Part shown: positions 16,925 to 25,647 of the stretch, one piece after another
How positions within the stretch are numbered: position 1 is the first letter of the stretch
How the letters are laid out: the number at the start of each line of letters is the position of its first letter
DNA from: Nanobdellota archaeon
Lineage (GTDB): Archaea; Nanobdellota; Nanobdellia; Pacearchaeales; GW2011-AR1
Assembly (NCBI GenBank): GCA_018898425.1
Contig: JAHIHG010000050.1
Coordinates: forward strand, 1-34,763
DNA length: 34,763 nucleotides
Direction of reading: 5' to 3'
The notes under the pieces: model-generated
Seen by the model: the letters and a program-made list of their open reading frames with translations, nothing else
Told to the model about the DNA's origin: nothing
Database searches by the model: none
Translations under genes and position numbers: made by a program

Positions 16925-19381
16925 ATGAAAACAGAGTTTATTCCAATAGATTATGATTATTTTGATTTTAATGGAAGAAATTATGCCAAAATAATTGGAA
17001 GAAATGCAAAAGGCAAAAGAGTTTGCATAATTGATTCTTGTCCAGTATATTTATGGGCTATTTTAAAAGATAAATTAAAACAAAGTGAAATTGATAAACT
17101 TGTTTTAAAAATTGAAAAAATAAAACTTGATGTTAAAGGAAGGAAAACAAAAGTTGAAAAAGTGGAAGTTCATGAAAAAAACTTTTTAGGTAAAAAAGTA
17201 AAAGCTTTGAAAGTTTTTGCAACAAATTACAAAGATTTGCATGACATTGCAGATAAATTGGGAACAAAAGAGATTGTCAAAAGAAGAGGCTATGATTTGG
17301 GGTATGTAACACATTATATTATTGAAAAAAAAATAATTCCTTTAAATTGGTATGAAATTTCGGGAGAATTATTAAATAATTCAGAAAAATTTGGGGGTAT
17401 TGACAAGAGTTTAGATGTTGATTATTGCATTAAATTAAAAAGTTTAAAGAGTATTAAAGAAAAAAAATTTATGCCAAAAACTCTTGCCTATGATATTGAA
17501 ACAGATGAATTAAAAATTGGCGAAGGAGAAATTCTTATGATTTCCCTTGTTTCAGAAGAATATAAAAAAGTCATAACCTGGAAAAAATATTCTGGAAAAA
17601 AGCAGGATTATGTTGAATATGTGGAGAATGAAAAAGAATTAATTAAAAGATTTATTGAGTGTGTTAAAGAGGTATCTCCTGATTTTTTAGTTGGATATTT
17701 CTCAGATGGTTTTGACTTACCTTATTTAAAAGCAAGAGCTGATAAGCACAGAGTAAAACTCAGCTTAGGTCTTGATGGAAGTGTGCCAAGATTTAGCAGG
17801 GGCATAAACTTAACTGGAAGAATAAATGGGGTGGTGCATTTAGATATAATAAAATTCATAAAAACAGCATATGCCCAATATATGCAATCTGAAACACTTT
17901 CTTTAAATGATGTTTCAAAAGAATTTTTAGGCGAGGGGAAAAAAGATTTTACAATTAAACACTCTTCAAAAATAAACAAAGAAGAATGGGATAAATATTA
18001 TGAATATAATTTGCATGATTCTGTTTTAGCTTATGGTTTATTTGAAAAATTCTGGCCAGACATGCTGGAATTCTCAAGAGTAATGCAAGAACCAGTTTTT
18101 GATGTCTCAAGATATGGCTTATCAAAACAAGTAGAATCATATATATTGCATAATCTGGAAAAATTTAATGAAATTCCTGAAAAAAGGCCAGGCTATGATG
18201 AGATTTCACAAAGAAAGCACAGGGAAAAAGTTGAAGGAGCATTTGTTTTAGAACCCACTCCAGGACTTTACAAAAATATAGCAATATTTGACTTTACCTC
18301 AATGCATACTAGTATTATAATTTCTATGAACATTTCAAAATCAACTCTTCTTGAAAAACCTGAAAAAAATTCATTCAATATAGAAACAAAAACAGGAAAG
18401 TTTTATTTTTCAAAAAAACCAGGATTTATTCCATTGTTATTAAAAGAAATTCTTGAAAAAAGAAAAAGATATAAACAAGAATACAAAAAAAACCCGGACA
18501 ATATCACAAAAGCCAGAAGCAATGCATTCAAAGTATTATCTGCATCTGTCCATGGATATATTGGTTTTTTTGGAGCAAGATATTTTTCACTGGAATCTTC
18601 TTCTGCTATACTTGCCTTTGTCAGAAAATATAATAAAGAAACAATCAAGAAAATAGAAGAAGCAGGATATAAAGTTATTTTTGCAGATACTGATAGTACT
18701 GGGTTTTTAATGAACAAAAAATCAAAAACAGAAATAAAAAAGTTTCTTAAAGAAATTAATTCAAAACTTCCAGGGGTAATGGAGCTTGGATTAGAAGGTT
18801 TTTTTGAAAAAGGGCTGTGGGTTTCTACTCGTGGAGGAACAATTGGAGCAAAGAAAAAATATGCTCTAATTGATGAAAAAGGAAAAGTAAAAATAAGAGG
18901 GTTTGAAACAGTGAGAAGAGACTGGTGTGGAATATCCAGAAAAATGCAGGATAAAGTAATAAAATTAATTTTAAAAAATGGTAATGAAAAAAAAGCTCTT
19001 GAATATGTTAAAGAAGTGATTAAAGATATAAAAAACAGAAAAATAAGCAAAGAAGATTTAATAATAAGATCTCAGCTTAAAAAACCTATTTCAGAGTATA
19101 AGCTTATTTCTCCGCATGTTATTGCAGCCAAAAAAATGAAAGAACAGAATATCCCACTTAGTCAGGGAAATTTAATTGCATATTATATTGCTGAATCAAA
19201 AGACAAGAAAAAATTAGTCAGGGACAAGGTAAAACTTCCTGAAGAAAAAGGAGAATATGATATTCAGTATTATCTTGAAAGACAGATTCTTCCTGCTGTT
19301 GAAAATATTTTTCAGGTGTTTAAAATAAATATTAAAGAAGTAATTGATGGAAAAAAGCAGATGACTTTGGGGGATTTTTAA
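16925..19381 (+). CDS. polB: family B DNA polymerase
   Basis: 818 aa. Exo I is LAYDIETDE, Exo II GFDLPYL, Exo III YYEYNLHDS. Motif A is DFTSMHTSII, motif B KVLSASVHGYIG, motif C FADTDS, followed by KKKYALID. Confidence 0.95.
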   Translation: MKTEFIPIDYDYFDFNGRNYAKIIGRNAKGKRVCIIDSCPVYLWAILKDKLKQSEIDKLVLKIEKIKLDVKGRKTKVEKVEVHEKNFLGKKVKALKVFATNYKDLHDIADKLGTKEIVKRRGYDLGYVTHYIIEKKIIPLNWYEISGELLNNSEKFGGIDKSLDVDYCIKLKSLKSIKEKKFMPKTLAYDIETDELKIGEGEILMISLVSEEYKKVITWKKYSGKKQDYVEYVENEKELIKRFIECVKEVSPDFLVGYFSDGFDLPYLKARADKHRVKLSLGLDGSVPRFSRGINLTGRINGVVHLDIIKFIKTAYAQYMQSETLSLNDVSKEFLGEGKKDFTIKHSSKINKEEWDKYYEYNLHDSVLAYGLFEKFWPDMLEFSRVMQEPVFDVSRYGLSKQVESYILHNLEKFNEIPEKRPGYDEISQRKHREKVEGAFVLEPTPGLYKNIAIFDFTSMHTSIIISMNISKSTLLEKPEKNSFNIETKTGKFYFSKKPGFIPLLLKEILEKRKRYKQEYKKNPDNITKARSNAFKVLSASVHGYIGFFGARYFSLESSSAILAFVRKYNKETIKKIEEAGYKVIFADTDSTGFLMNKKSKTEIKKFLKEINSKLPGVMELGLEGFFEKGLWVSTRGGTIGAKKKYALIDEKGKVKIRGFETVRRDWCGISRKMQDKVIKLILKNGNEKKALEYVKEVIKDIKNRKISKEDLIIRSQLKKPISEYKLISPHVIAAKKMKEQNIPLSQGNLIAYYIAESKDKKKLVRDKVKLPEEKGEYDIQYYLERQILPAVENIFQVFKINIKEVIDGKKQMTLGDF

Positions 19382-19422
19382 GAAAATTTTATAAAAGGGA
19401 GGTACTATAAATTATAAAGAAA

Positions 19423-20148
19423 ATGCTTCATCTTGCAAAAATTCCCAAACAAGAAAAAGACCCCTTAACATTAGCACGGGCAAATTTAATTTTTGAAGAA
19501 TATTGTCAAAAAGGTATATATTCAAAAAGAGATAAGAATAAAACCAAAAATATAATTGAAGAATATTTAAATGATATAGATTCAGTATCATATCTTTTAT
19601 TTGATTTAAAAAATGATGGAGTTCTTGAAGGACAAACAACTGTAACATACACAATTAAAGAATTTCAAAAATTACCTTCTTTTAAAAAAGGATTCTGGCG
19701 TGACAAAGATATAAAAATTATAATGGAAAAAAAAGGTTTTGGATTAGAGGAAAAAATAGCAGAACTTAACAAATTTGCAACAAAAACAAAAAGAGGAAAA
19801 AATCCTTCTGTAAATCTTATAAGGCTTTATGGAAAAATATTTCCAAAAATTAAAAAACAAACAGACCATGTTTTAATTTCTTCTTGCAGAAAAAATTTAG
19901 AAAATTATATGAGAATGGGGCTGGGGGAAGCATTCTTAGAAACAGAGCACTACTCAGAAAAATTAAATGGAAAAGATGTTGTAGTGGGATATATTGGGCT
20001 TTCAAATTTAAATATAGAAAAAAGTGTACATAAATTATTAAAAAGAATGGGGGAAAAAGAAACTACTCAAGAATATTTAGAAAATTTGAAGAAAACATGC
20101 ATGGGTTATGCTATTGGTATGGGACATCCCCTTTGGAATTGCATTTAA
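19423..20148 (+). CDS. hypothetical protein
   Basis: 241-aa ORF 41 nt downstream of polB. No recognisable motif. Confidence 0.6.
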   Translation: MLHLAKIPKQEKDPLTLARANLIFEEYCQKGIYSKRDKNKTKNIIEEYLNDIDSVSYLLFDLKNDGVLEGQTTVTYTIKEFQKLPSFKKGFWRDKDIKIIMEKKGFGLEEKIAELNKFATKTKRGKNPSVNLIRLYGKIFPKIKKQTDHVLISSCRKNLENYMRMGLGEAFLETEHYSEKLNGKDVVVGYIGLSNLNIEKSVHKLLKRMGEKETTQEYLENLKKTCMGYAIGMGHPLWNCI

Positions 20149-20184
20149 AAAATCTATTGTAAAATATTTTTTGAAAAATAAACT

Positions 20185-20529
20185 TTAAATATTTATTTTA
20201 TTTGCATAATGTCCAATCAGAGGAGTTTCTTTTTGCTTTCCAGATACTGAATTTATTAATGCAACCACCCAGATTACAAAATACATCACCCACAAAACCG
20301 GAACAGCTATTACCCCAATTATAGTAAGAATAAGAAGAACAGAAAGTATTTTTACAACAATTCCAGACAAGAAAAGAATTAAACTTTGTTTTGCATAATA
20401 CATAACATATTTATCATCTTTTTTGGCAATTAATGCAATTATAAAACCTGCAACACTTAAAAGAATTGCTAAAAAAGCAAATAATTTTGAATCTGATTTT
20501 TGCTTCACTCTTTTTTGTTTTTTTGCCAT
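20185..20529 (-). CDS. small membrane protein (DUF4870-like)
   Basis: 114 aa with three hydrophobic helices. KKDDKYVMYYAKQSLILF resembles the DUF4870 pattern. Confidence 0.6.
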   Translation of the reverse strand: MAKKQKRVKQKSDSKLFAFLAILLSVAGFIIALIAKKDDKYVMYYAKQSLILFLSGIVVKILSVLLILTIIGVIAVPVLWVMYFVIWVVALINSVSGKQKETPLIGHYANKINI

Positions 20530-20670
20530 TATAGGTTAAGTAAAATAATATATTTAAATGTTCTTATTAATCAGTATTGTTACAGAATTTAATAAATTAA
20601 ATTTATTCAAATTTTCATTATAACATTGTCTTCAGAAAAATATTATAAACCCTTTTTAATTTATTATTTA

Positions 20671-22113
20671 ATGGAATTAGATTATGAAAAACTGGGATTA
20701 AAAAGTGGATTAGAAATTCATCAGCAACTTGACACAAATAAATTATTCTGCAATTGCCCCTCTGTTTTAAGAACAGATGAACCTGATTTTAAAATCACAA
20801 GAAAACTTCATGCTGTGGCAGGTGAATCTGGAAAAATTGATAAGGCTGCAGCTTATCAGGCTTCTTTAGATAAAGAATTTATTTATCAGGGTTATGATAC
20901 TACCTGCTTGATTGAATTAGATGAAGAGCCCCCGCATGAAATAAATAAAGATGCTTTGAAAATTGCATTACAAATTTCTATTTTATTAAATGCTAAAATA
21001 ATTCCATTAACACAAATTATGAGAAAAACAGTTATTGATGGTTCTAACACCAGCGGTTTTCAGAGAACAGTCATGATTGCAAAAGAGGGTTATGTGAATA
21101 CAACACATGGAAAAGTGAGAATTGCTGGAATTTTTTTAGAAGAAGATTCAGCAAGACCAATTATGCGGGAAAAAAATCTTGCTGTTTATAGATTAGACAG
21201 ATTAGGAATTCCATTAGTTGAAATTGCGACATATCCAGATATAAAAAGTGCAGAACATGCAAAAGAAACTGCCTTGAAAATTGGAGGAATTTTAAGAAGT
21301 TGCAGGGTCAAAAGAGGTATTGGGACAATAAGACAAGATATTAATATTTCGCTTAAAGACAGACAAAGAGTTGAACTTAAGGGATTTCAAGACCCAAAAA
21401 TCATGATAAAAACTTTTGAAAATGAAATCAAAAGGCAAAAAAAATTAATTGATTCTGGAAATACAATGGAAGCAGAAGTGAGAAATTGTCTTGCTAATGG
21501 AGAATCAGAATTTTTAAGACCAATGCCTGGAGCTGCAAGAATGTATCCTGAAACAGATTTGCCTTTATTAAAAATATCAAGAAACTTGATTAATGAGGTT
21601 AAAAAAAATCTGCCAACATTAAGAAGTGAAACTGAAAAAGAACTCAAAGAAAAAGGATTAAGCCAGGAAATGATTAAATTATTACTTAAACAAAACAAAT
21701 TAGAAGAATTTAGAGAATTAACTGAGGTTACTGATAACCTTCAACTAGCAGGAAAAATTCTTCTTATTATTCCAAAAGAAATAGCAACTCGTGAAAAAAT
21801 TTCAATAATTAAAATTAATAAAATTTTAAATAAAGATGTTTTGGCATTTGTTTTAGAATCGTTGAAAAAGAAAAAGATTTCTGAATCACAAGTTAAGCAA
21901 GTTTTAGAAAAAATTGTAAAAGGCGAGGATTTGGATAAAGCTATTAAATTTGAAAAACAAGATTCTGGAATTATTGAAGAAAGAATTATGAAAATAATTA
22001 AAGAAAAACCAGGATTATCTATGAATGCTTATATGGGGCTTATTATGAAAGAGTTTAAGGGAAAAATTGACGGAAAACAGGCAATGGAAATTATTCAAAA
22101 ATTTGCAAAGTAA
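20671..22113 (+). CDS. gatE: GatE-type tRNA-dependent amidotransferase subunit lacking the GatE insertion domain
   Basis: GLEIHQQLDTNKLFCNCPS, MRKTVIDGSNTSGFQRT, RLDRLGIPLVEI, VKRGIGTIRQDINIS and ARMYPETDLP are GatE-type rather than GatB-type blocks (GatB has RKNYFYPD..KNYQISQ). There is a YqeY-like tail. About 480 aa from the ATG at 20671; the track's TTG start at 20626 is unlikely. Confidence 0.85.
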   Translation: MELDYEKLGLKSGLEIHQQLDTNKLFCNCPSVLRTDEPDFKITRKLHAVAGESGKIDKAAAYQASLDKEFIYQGYDTTCLIELDEEPPHEINKDALKIALQISILLNAKIIPLTQIMRKTVIDGSNTSGFQRTVMIAKEGYVNTTHGKVRIAGIFLEEDSARPIMREKNLAVYRLDRLGIPLVEIATYPDIKSAEHAKETALKIGGILRSCRVKRGIGTIRQDINISLKDRQRVELKGFQDPKIMIKTFENEIKRQKKLIDSGNTMEAEVRNCLANGESEFLRPMPGAARMYPETDLPLLKISRNLINEVKKNLPTLRSETEKELKEKGLSQEMIKLLLKQNKLEEFRELTEVTDNLQLAGKILLIIPKEIATREKISIIKINKILNKDVLAFVLESLKKKKISESQVKQVLEKIVKGEDLDKAIKFEKQDSGIIEERIMKIIKEKPGLSMNAYMGLIMKEFKGKIDGKQAMEIIQKFAK

Positions 22114-22164
22114 ATATAAATTTTATAAAAGAAGATTTAAATATTAAGAAAATAAACCAATAAC

Positions 22165-23493
22165 ATGAAACAAATTGATTTAAACAAAAACAGGATTTTA
22201 ATAAAAGATGTTTTTAATAGTAAAAAGCTAAAAGTTGAAATTGCCGGATGGGTTCATAAAATTCGGGGGTTAGGAAAAATTAATTTTATTGTTTTAAGAG
22301 ATATATCTGGGATTATTCAAATTACTGCTGTTAAGGGTAAAGTTTCTGATGAATTATTTAACTTAATGGATAAGATTACAAGAGAATCAGTAATTTATGT
22401 TAAAGGAACTATCAAAGATTCAAAGCAAGCACCTAGGGGAAAAGAGATTATCCCTGATGAAATTGAAATTATCAGCAAGGCAGAAGATTTGCCTATTGAT
22501 GTTTCTGATTTTTCAAAAACAGAATTGCCTAAGAGATTGGATTGGAGATGTTTAAGTCTTAGAACAAGGAAATCACAAATTATTTTCAAAATACAATCTA
22601 AATTAATTGAGGGCATGCAAGAATGGCTTCATAAAAATGGATTTTCTCAAGTTTTTACACCTTGTTTAATGGGGGTTGCTTCTGAATCTGGAAGTGAGGT
22701 GTTTGAAGTCAAATATTTCAAAGACAAAGCATTTTTAAGACAAGACCCTCAATTACATCGGCAGCTTACTATTTTAGGGGGTTTGGAAAGAATTTATGAT
22801 ATTGGTGCAAGTTGGAGAGCTGAAAAAAGCCATACTGTAAGGCATTTATGTGAACACAGAACTTGTGCAGTTGAACTAGCTTTTATTGATTCTGAAAAAG
22901 ATGTTATGAAAATAGAAGAGCAGGTGATTATTTCTGCGTTTAAAAAAGTAAATCAAGATTGTAAAAAAGAACTTGAAGAATTAGAAATTAAATTAAATAT
23001 TCCTCAAACTAATTTTCCAGAAATAACTTTCCCAGAAGTTTATAGTATTTTAGAAAAAATGGGGATAAAAATTAAAGAGGGTGAAGATTTAGATTTAGAG
23101 GCAGAAAAATTATTATGGAAATATGTTCAAAAACAATATCCAGGTGTTGATTTTTATTTTCTTAATAAATTTCCTTTTAAGAAAAAACCATTTTATGTCA
23201 TGGGGGAAGACAATTCAAGATACGCAAGAAGCACAGATTTATACTATAGAGGAATTGAAATGTCATCAGGAGGGCAGAGAGAAAATAGATATGATTCTTT
23301 AATGAAAAATATAAAAGATAGGAAAGTAAATCCAAAATCTGTGGAATGGTTTACTAAGTTTTTTAAATATGGTGTTCCAACGCATGGGGGGTTTGCAATT
23401 GGCATAGAAAGATTAACAATGGTCTTGTTAGAATTGCCAAATGTTAGGGAAGCTGTTTTATTCCCCAGAGATACTGAAAGATTACTTCCTTAA
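22165..23493 (+). CDS. aspS: aspartyl-tRNA synthetase, archaeal type (class IIb)
   Basis: 442 aa. OB-fold N-terminus (IAGWVHKIRGLGKINFIVLRD), FLRQDPQLHRQL, motif 2 WRAEKSHTVRHLCE, motif 3 GGFAIGIERLTMVLLELPNVREAVLFPRDTERLLP. Confidence 0.9.
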   Translation: MKQIDLNKNRILIKDVFNSKKLKVEIAGWVHKIRGLGKINFIVLRDISGIIQITAVKGKVSDELFNLMDKITRESVIYVKGTIKDSKQAPRGKEIIPDEIEIISKAEDLPIDVSDFSKTELPKRLDWRCLSLRTRKSQIIFKIQSKLIEGMQEWLHKNGFSQVFTPCLMGVASESGSEVFEVKYFKDKAFLRQDPQLHRQLTILGGLERIYDIGASWRAEKSHTVRHLCEHRTCAVELAFIDSEKDVMKIEEQVIISAFKKVNQDCKKELEELEIKLNIPQTNFPEITFPEVYSILEKMGIKIKEGEDLDLEAEKLLWKYVQKQYPGVDFYFLNKFPFKKKPFYVMGEDNSRYARSTDLYYRGIEMSSGGQRENRYDSLMKNIKDRKVNPKSVEWFTKFFKYGVPTHGGFAIGIERLTMVLLELPNVREAVLFPRDTERLLP

Positions 23494-23523
23494 AATTCCC
23501 TATTCTTAAGTACATAGACTTTG

Positions 23524-23543
23524 TTACCTTAATTGGTCTTTTT
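23524..23543. repeat. left copy of a perfect 20-bp inverted repeat (ttaccttaattggtcttttt)
   Basis: Exact reverse complement of 26721-26740. Lies between the aspS stop (23493) and the first methyltransferase gene. Confidence 0.9.
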
Positions 23544-23588
23544 TGTTTGAATGAAAGATTTTTTATAACTTCTTTCCTTGATTATTTT

Positions 23589-24242
23589 ATGATAAAAGAG
23601 TGGACAAATAAGATTATTTGTGGAGATGCTTTAGAATTAATTAAAGAAATTTCTAATGAAAGTGTAGATTTAATTTTAACTGACCCCCCTTATGGAATTA
23701 AAAAAGAAGGAATAAAAAATAGTGCAGATTTAGAAACCTTTTATTTAATTCTTCTAGAGTGTTATAGGGTTTTAAAAAAAGACGGATTTTTTATAACCTT
23801 TTTTAGCACAAAACTTCTTCCAGAAATTTTTAAAAATAATCCTTTTAATTATCATTGGCAATTTATATTAAACTGTCCTCTTGGGAGTGTTCGTTCCCCC
23901 ATAGGTTTCAGTAAATATATGTCTTGCTTCGTTTTTAAAAAAGGAAATCCAAAGATTATAAAATGGAATAAAGATATATTTAATGATTCTCCTTCTAAAA
24001 TGGTTGAACCAGATGAGGGGTTTATTAATCATCCATCTCCAAAACCAAAAAACTTTATTTCTGAATTATTAAAAATGTTTTCTAAAGAGAGAGATATAAT
24101 TTTAGACCCTTTTATTGGCTCAGGTAGTACTGCTCTTGCTTGTTTGCTCTGCAATAGAAATTTTATAGGATTTGAGATAGAAAAAGAATATTGTGATTTA
24201 GCAATAAACCGTTTAGAAAGATTAAGATACAGAAAAACTTAA
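23589..24242 (+). CDS. beta-class (N6-adenine/N4-cytosine) DNA methyltransferase
   Basis: Motif IV (LTDPPYG) precedes HPSPKPKNFISELL and motif I (LDPFIGSGSTALA), the circular permutation typical of N6_N4_Mtase enzymes. The start is taken at ATG 23589 (MIKEWTNKIICGDALE) rather than the track's TTG at 23547. Confidence 0.9.
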   Translation: MIKEWTNKIICGDALELIKEISNESVDLILTDPPYGIKKEGIKNSADLETFYLILLECYRVLKKDGFFITFFSTKLLPEIFKNNPFNYHWQFILNCPLGSVRSPIGFSKYMSCFVFKKGNPKIIKWNKDIFNDSPSKMVEPDEGFINHPSPKPKNFISELLKMFSKERDIILDPFIGSGSTALACLLCNRNFIGFEIEKEYCDLAINRLERLRYRKT

Positions 24243-24266
24243 AAATAATCGGTACCTTAACAATTA

Positions 24267-24425
24267 ATGAAAGTTATTAAAGTTTTATCAAAAAAAGTAG
24301 GAGATATGATCTACTTTAAATTTATTATTAATATCCCTAAAGAAATTATTAAAAAATCTGGGTTAATAGGAAAAAATCTTAAAGTAAAAGCAGAAAAAGA
24401 TAAAATTATTATTGAGAAAGAATAA
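24267..24425 (+). CDS. AbrB/SpoVT-type small DNA-binding protein (candidate controller or antitoxin-like regulator); below the ORF-track size cutoff
   Basis: 52 aa: MKVIKVLSKKVGDMIYFKFIINIPKEIIKKSGLIGKNLKVKAEKDKIIIEKE. The segment v.IPKEI.kk.GL..G..L.V....dkIII.K is the looped-hinge-helix (SpoVT-AbrB) signature. Confidence 0.7.
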   Translation: MKVIKVLSKKVGDMIYFKFIINIPKEIIKKSGLIGKNLKVKAEKDKIIIEKE

Positions 24426-24448
24426 AAATAATATACCTTTTTGTTTCT

Positions 24449-24479
24449 GGTACCGAAACATTTATATACGAGCGGTACC
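24449..24479. promoter_or_regulatory. two GGTACC hexamers bracketing a BRE/TATA element (gaaacatttata, 24455-24466) upstream of the second methyltransferase
   Basis: GGTACC occurs at 24449-24454 and 24474-24479, with centres 25 bp apart and TATA between them. The ATG at 24490 is about 25 nt from TATA, which suggests a leaderless transcript. A third GGTACC lies at 24251-24256. Confidence 0.45.
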
Positions 24480-24489
24480 ATAATAGATT

Positions 24490-25647
24490 ATGGTTAACCT
24501 TTATAATGCCGAAGACACTCAAAACAGCATGGAAGAAATAAAGAAATTTGTCTTAGGGCAATATTTTACAAAAGAGGAAATAGTTAAGAGAGTGATAAAT
24601 TTATTGCAAAGTTATAAATATTATAGTAAAGATGTTTCAATTTTAGAACCCTCCGCAGGAACCAGAAATTTTGTTAAAGAATTAGTAAAAAGTGGTTTTA
24701 ACAAAATAAACGAGTGTGAGATTGATAAAGATTTAACCAATAACCCTCAAGATTTTTTTAACTTTGAAGAAAAAAGTAAGTTTGATTTAGTTATAGGGAA
24801 CCCCCCATTTACCAAATACAATGTTAAGAATAGTTATTTTTACCCATCAAAATATCAAAATATTTCTTTTTTAGAAAATGGTTTAAATAAAAAAGAAAAA
24901 ATACAAATAGAAAAAGCATTTATTTTAAAATCTATCAAACATCTCAAAAATAAAGAATCAAGTATCGCTTTCGTTTTACCAATTTCTTTTTTTATTGGGA
25001 ATAAAAACAATGAAACAAAAAAAATACTCTTAGATAATTTCTCAACAATAATCATCTACCAAAACGATAAAAGCTGGTTTGAAGAACCTATCCCTTGTTG
25101 TTTTGCGATATTTACTAATATTGAAGAATATAAAGACAAGATTATTTTGCTTTATGAAGATGGGGAAAAAATTAAAGAAGTTATAGATATAGGAAAATTA
25201 TTAACAGAAGAGCTTATACCAAAATCATTTTTATATAAAAAAAAGAACGGAAACGGTAAAGGAAAACATACTCTTTCAAAATATCTCTCAGAAAAGATAG
25301 CAAAATATCAAAGAGATTATAAAAATAATAATATTTCTGGAGCAAATATATTAACAAAGACCAAAATACCTAAAGAAAAAAATATTAAAGAGTATTCTTT
25401 GGCAGTTGTTAGGGTTGGAAATTCAAGTATAGGAAAAACAGGTTTAATTAATATCAAAGAAAATATTTTAAATGATATGTTTTATGTATTTGATTTTAAG
25501 GAAGAACATAATTTAAATAAGGAATTAAAAGAAAAGATAGTTTCAGAAATAAATAAAAATCAAGAGCATTTTAGGAATTTATCTGTTCGTGTTGGAAGTA
25601 AGTCTATGAAGAAAAATGATTTATTAAATTTTAAGATTAACTTGTAA
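24490..25647 (+). CDS. gamma-class N6-adenine DNA methyltransferase (M.TaqI/Eco57I-like)
   Basis: 385 aa with GQYFTKEEIVKRVINLL, motif I ILEPSAGTRNF, and motif IV LVIGNPPFTKY. The C-terminal half is plausibly a target-recognition domain. Confidence 0.85.
   Translation: MVNLYNAEDTQNSMEEIKKFVLGQYFTKEEIVKRVINLLQSYKYYSKDVSILEPSAGTRNFVKELVKSGFNKINECEIDKDLTNNPQDFFNFEEKSKFDLVIGNPPFTKYNVKNSYFYPSKYQNISFLENGLNKKEKIQIEKAFILKSIKHLKNKESSIAFVLPISFFIGNKNNETKKILLDNFSTIIIYQNDKSWFEEPIPCCFAIFTNIEEYKDKIILLYEDGEKIKEVIDIGKLLTEELIPKSFLYKKKNGNGKGKHTLSKYLSEKIAKYQRDYKNNNISGANILTKTKIPKEKNIKEYSLAVVRVGNSSIGKTGLINIKENILNDMFYVFDFKEEHNLNKELKEKIVSEINKNQEHFRNLSVRVGSKSMKKNDLLNFKINL

Noticed and set aside
17722-19050. ORFs 17722-17979, 17955-18140 and 18403-19050 (minus) and 18453-18656 (plus, out of frame)
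   Set aside because: They overlap the family B polymerase gene. No motifs, and the composition is that of shadow frames.
23547-23588. TTG-initiated N-terminal extension of the beta-class methyltransferase (the track start)
   Set aside because: The extension (MNERFFITSFLDYF) would begin 4 nt after the inverted repeat and run through the TATA-like ttttataa. ATG 23589 gives the usual MTase N-terminus. Similarly, TTG 20626 was rejected for gatE in favour of ATG 20671.
24251-24479. Calling the cassette a KpnI-type (GGTACC-specific) restriction-modification system
   Set aside because: The site clustering is real, but specificity cannot be read from the MTase sequences by eye. I report it only as a hypothesis.
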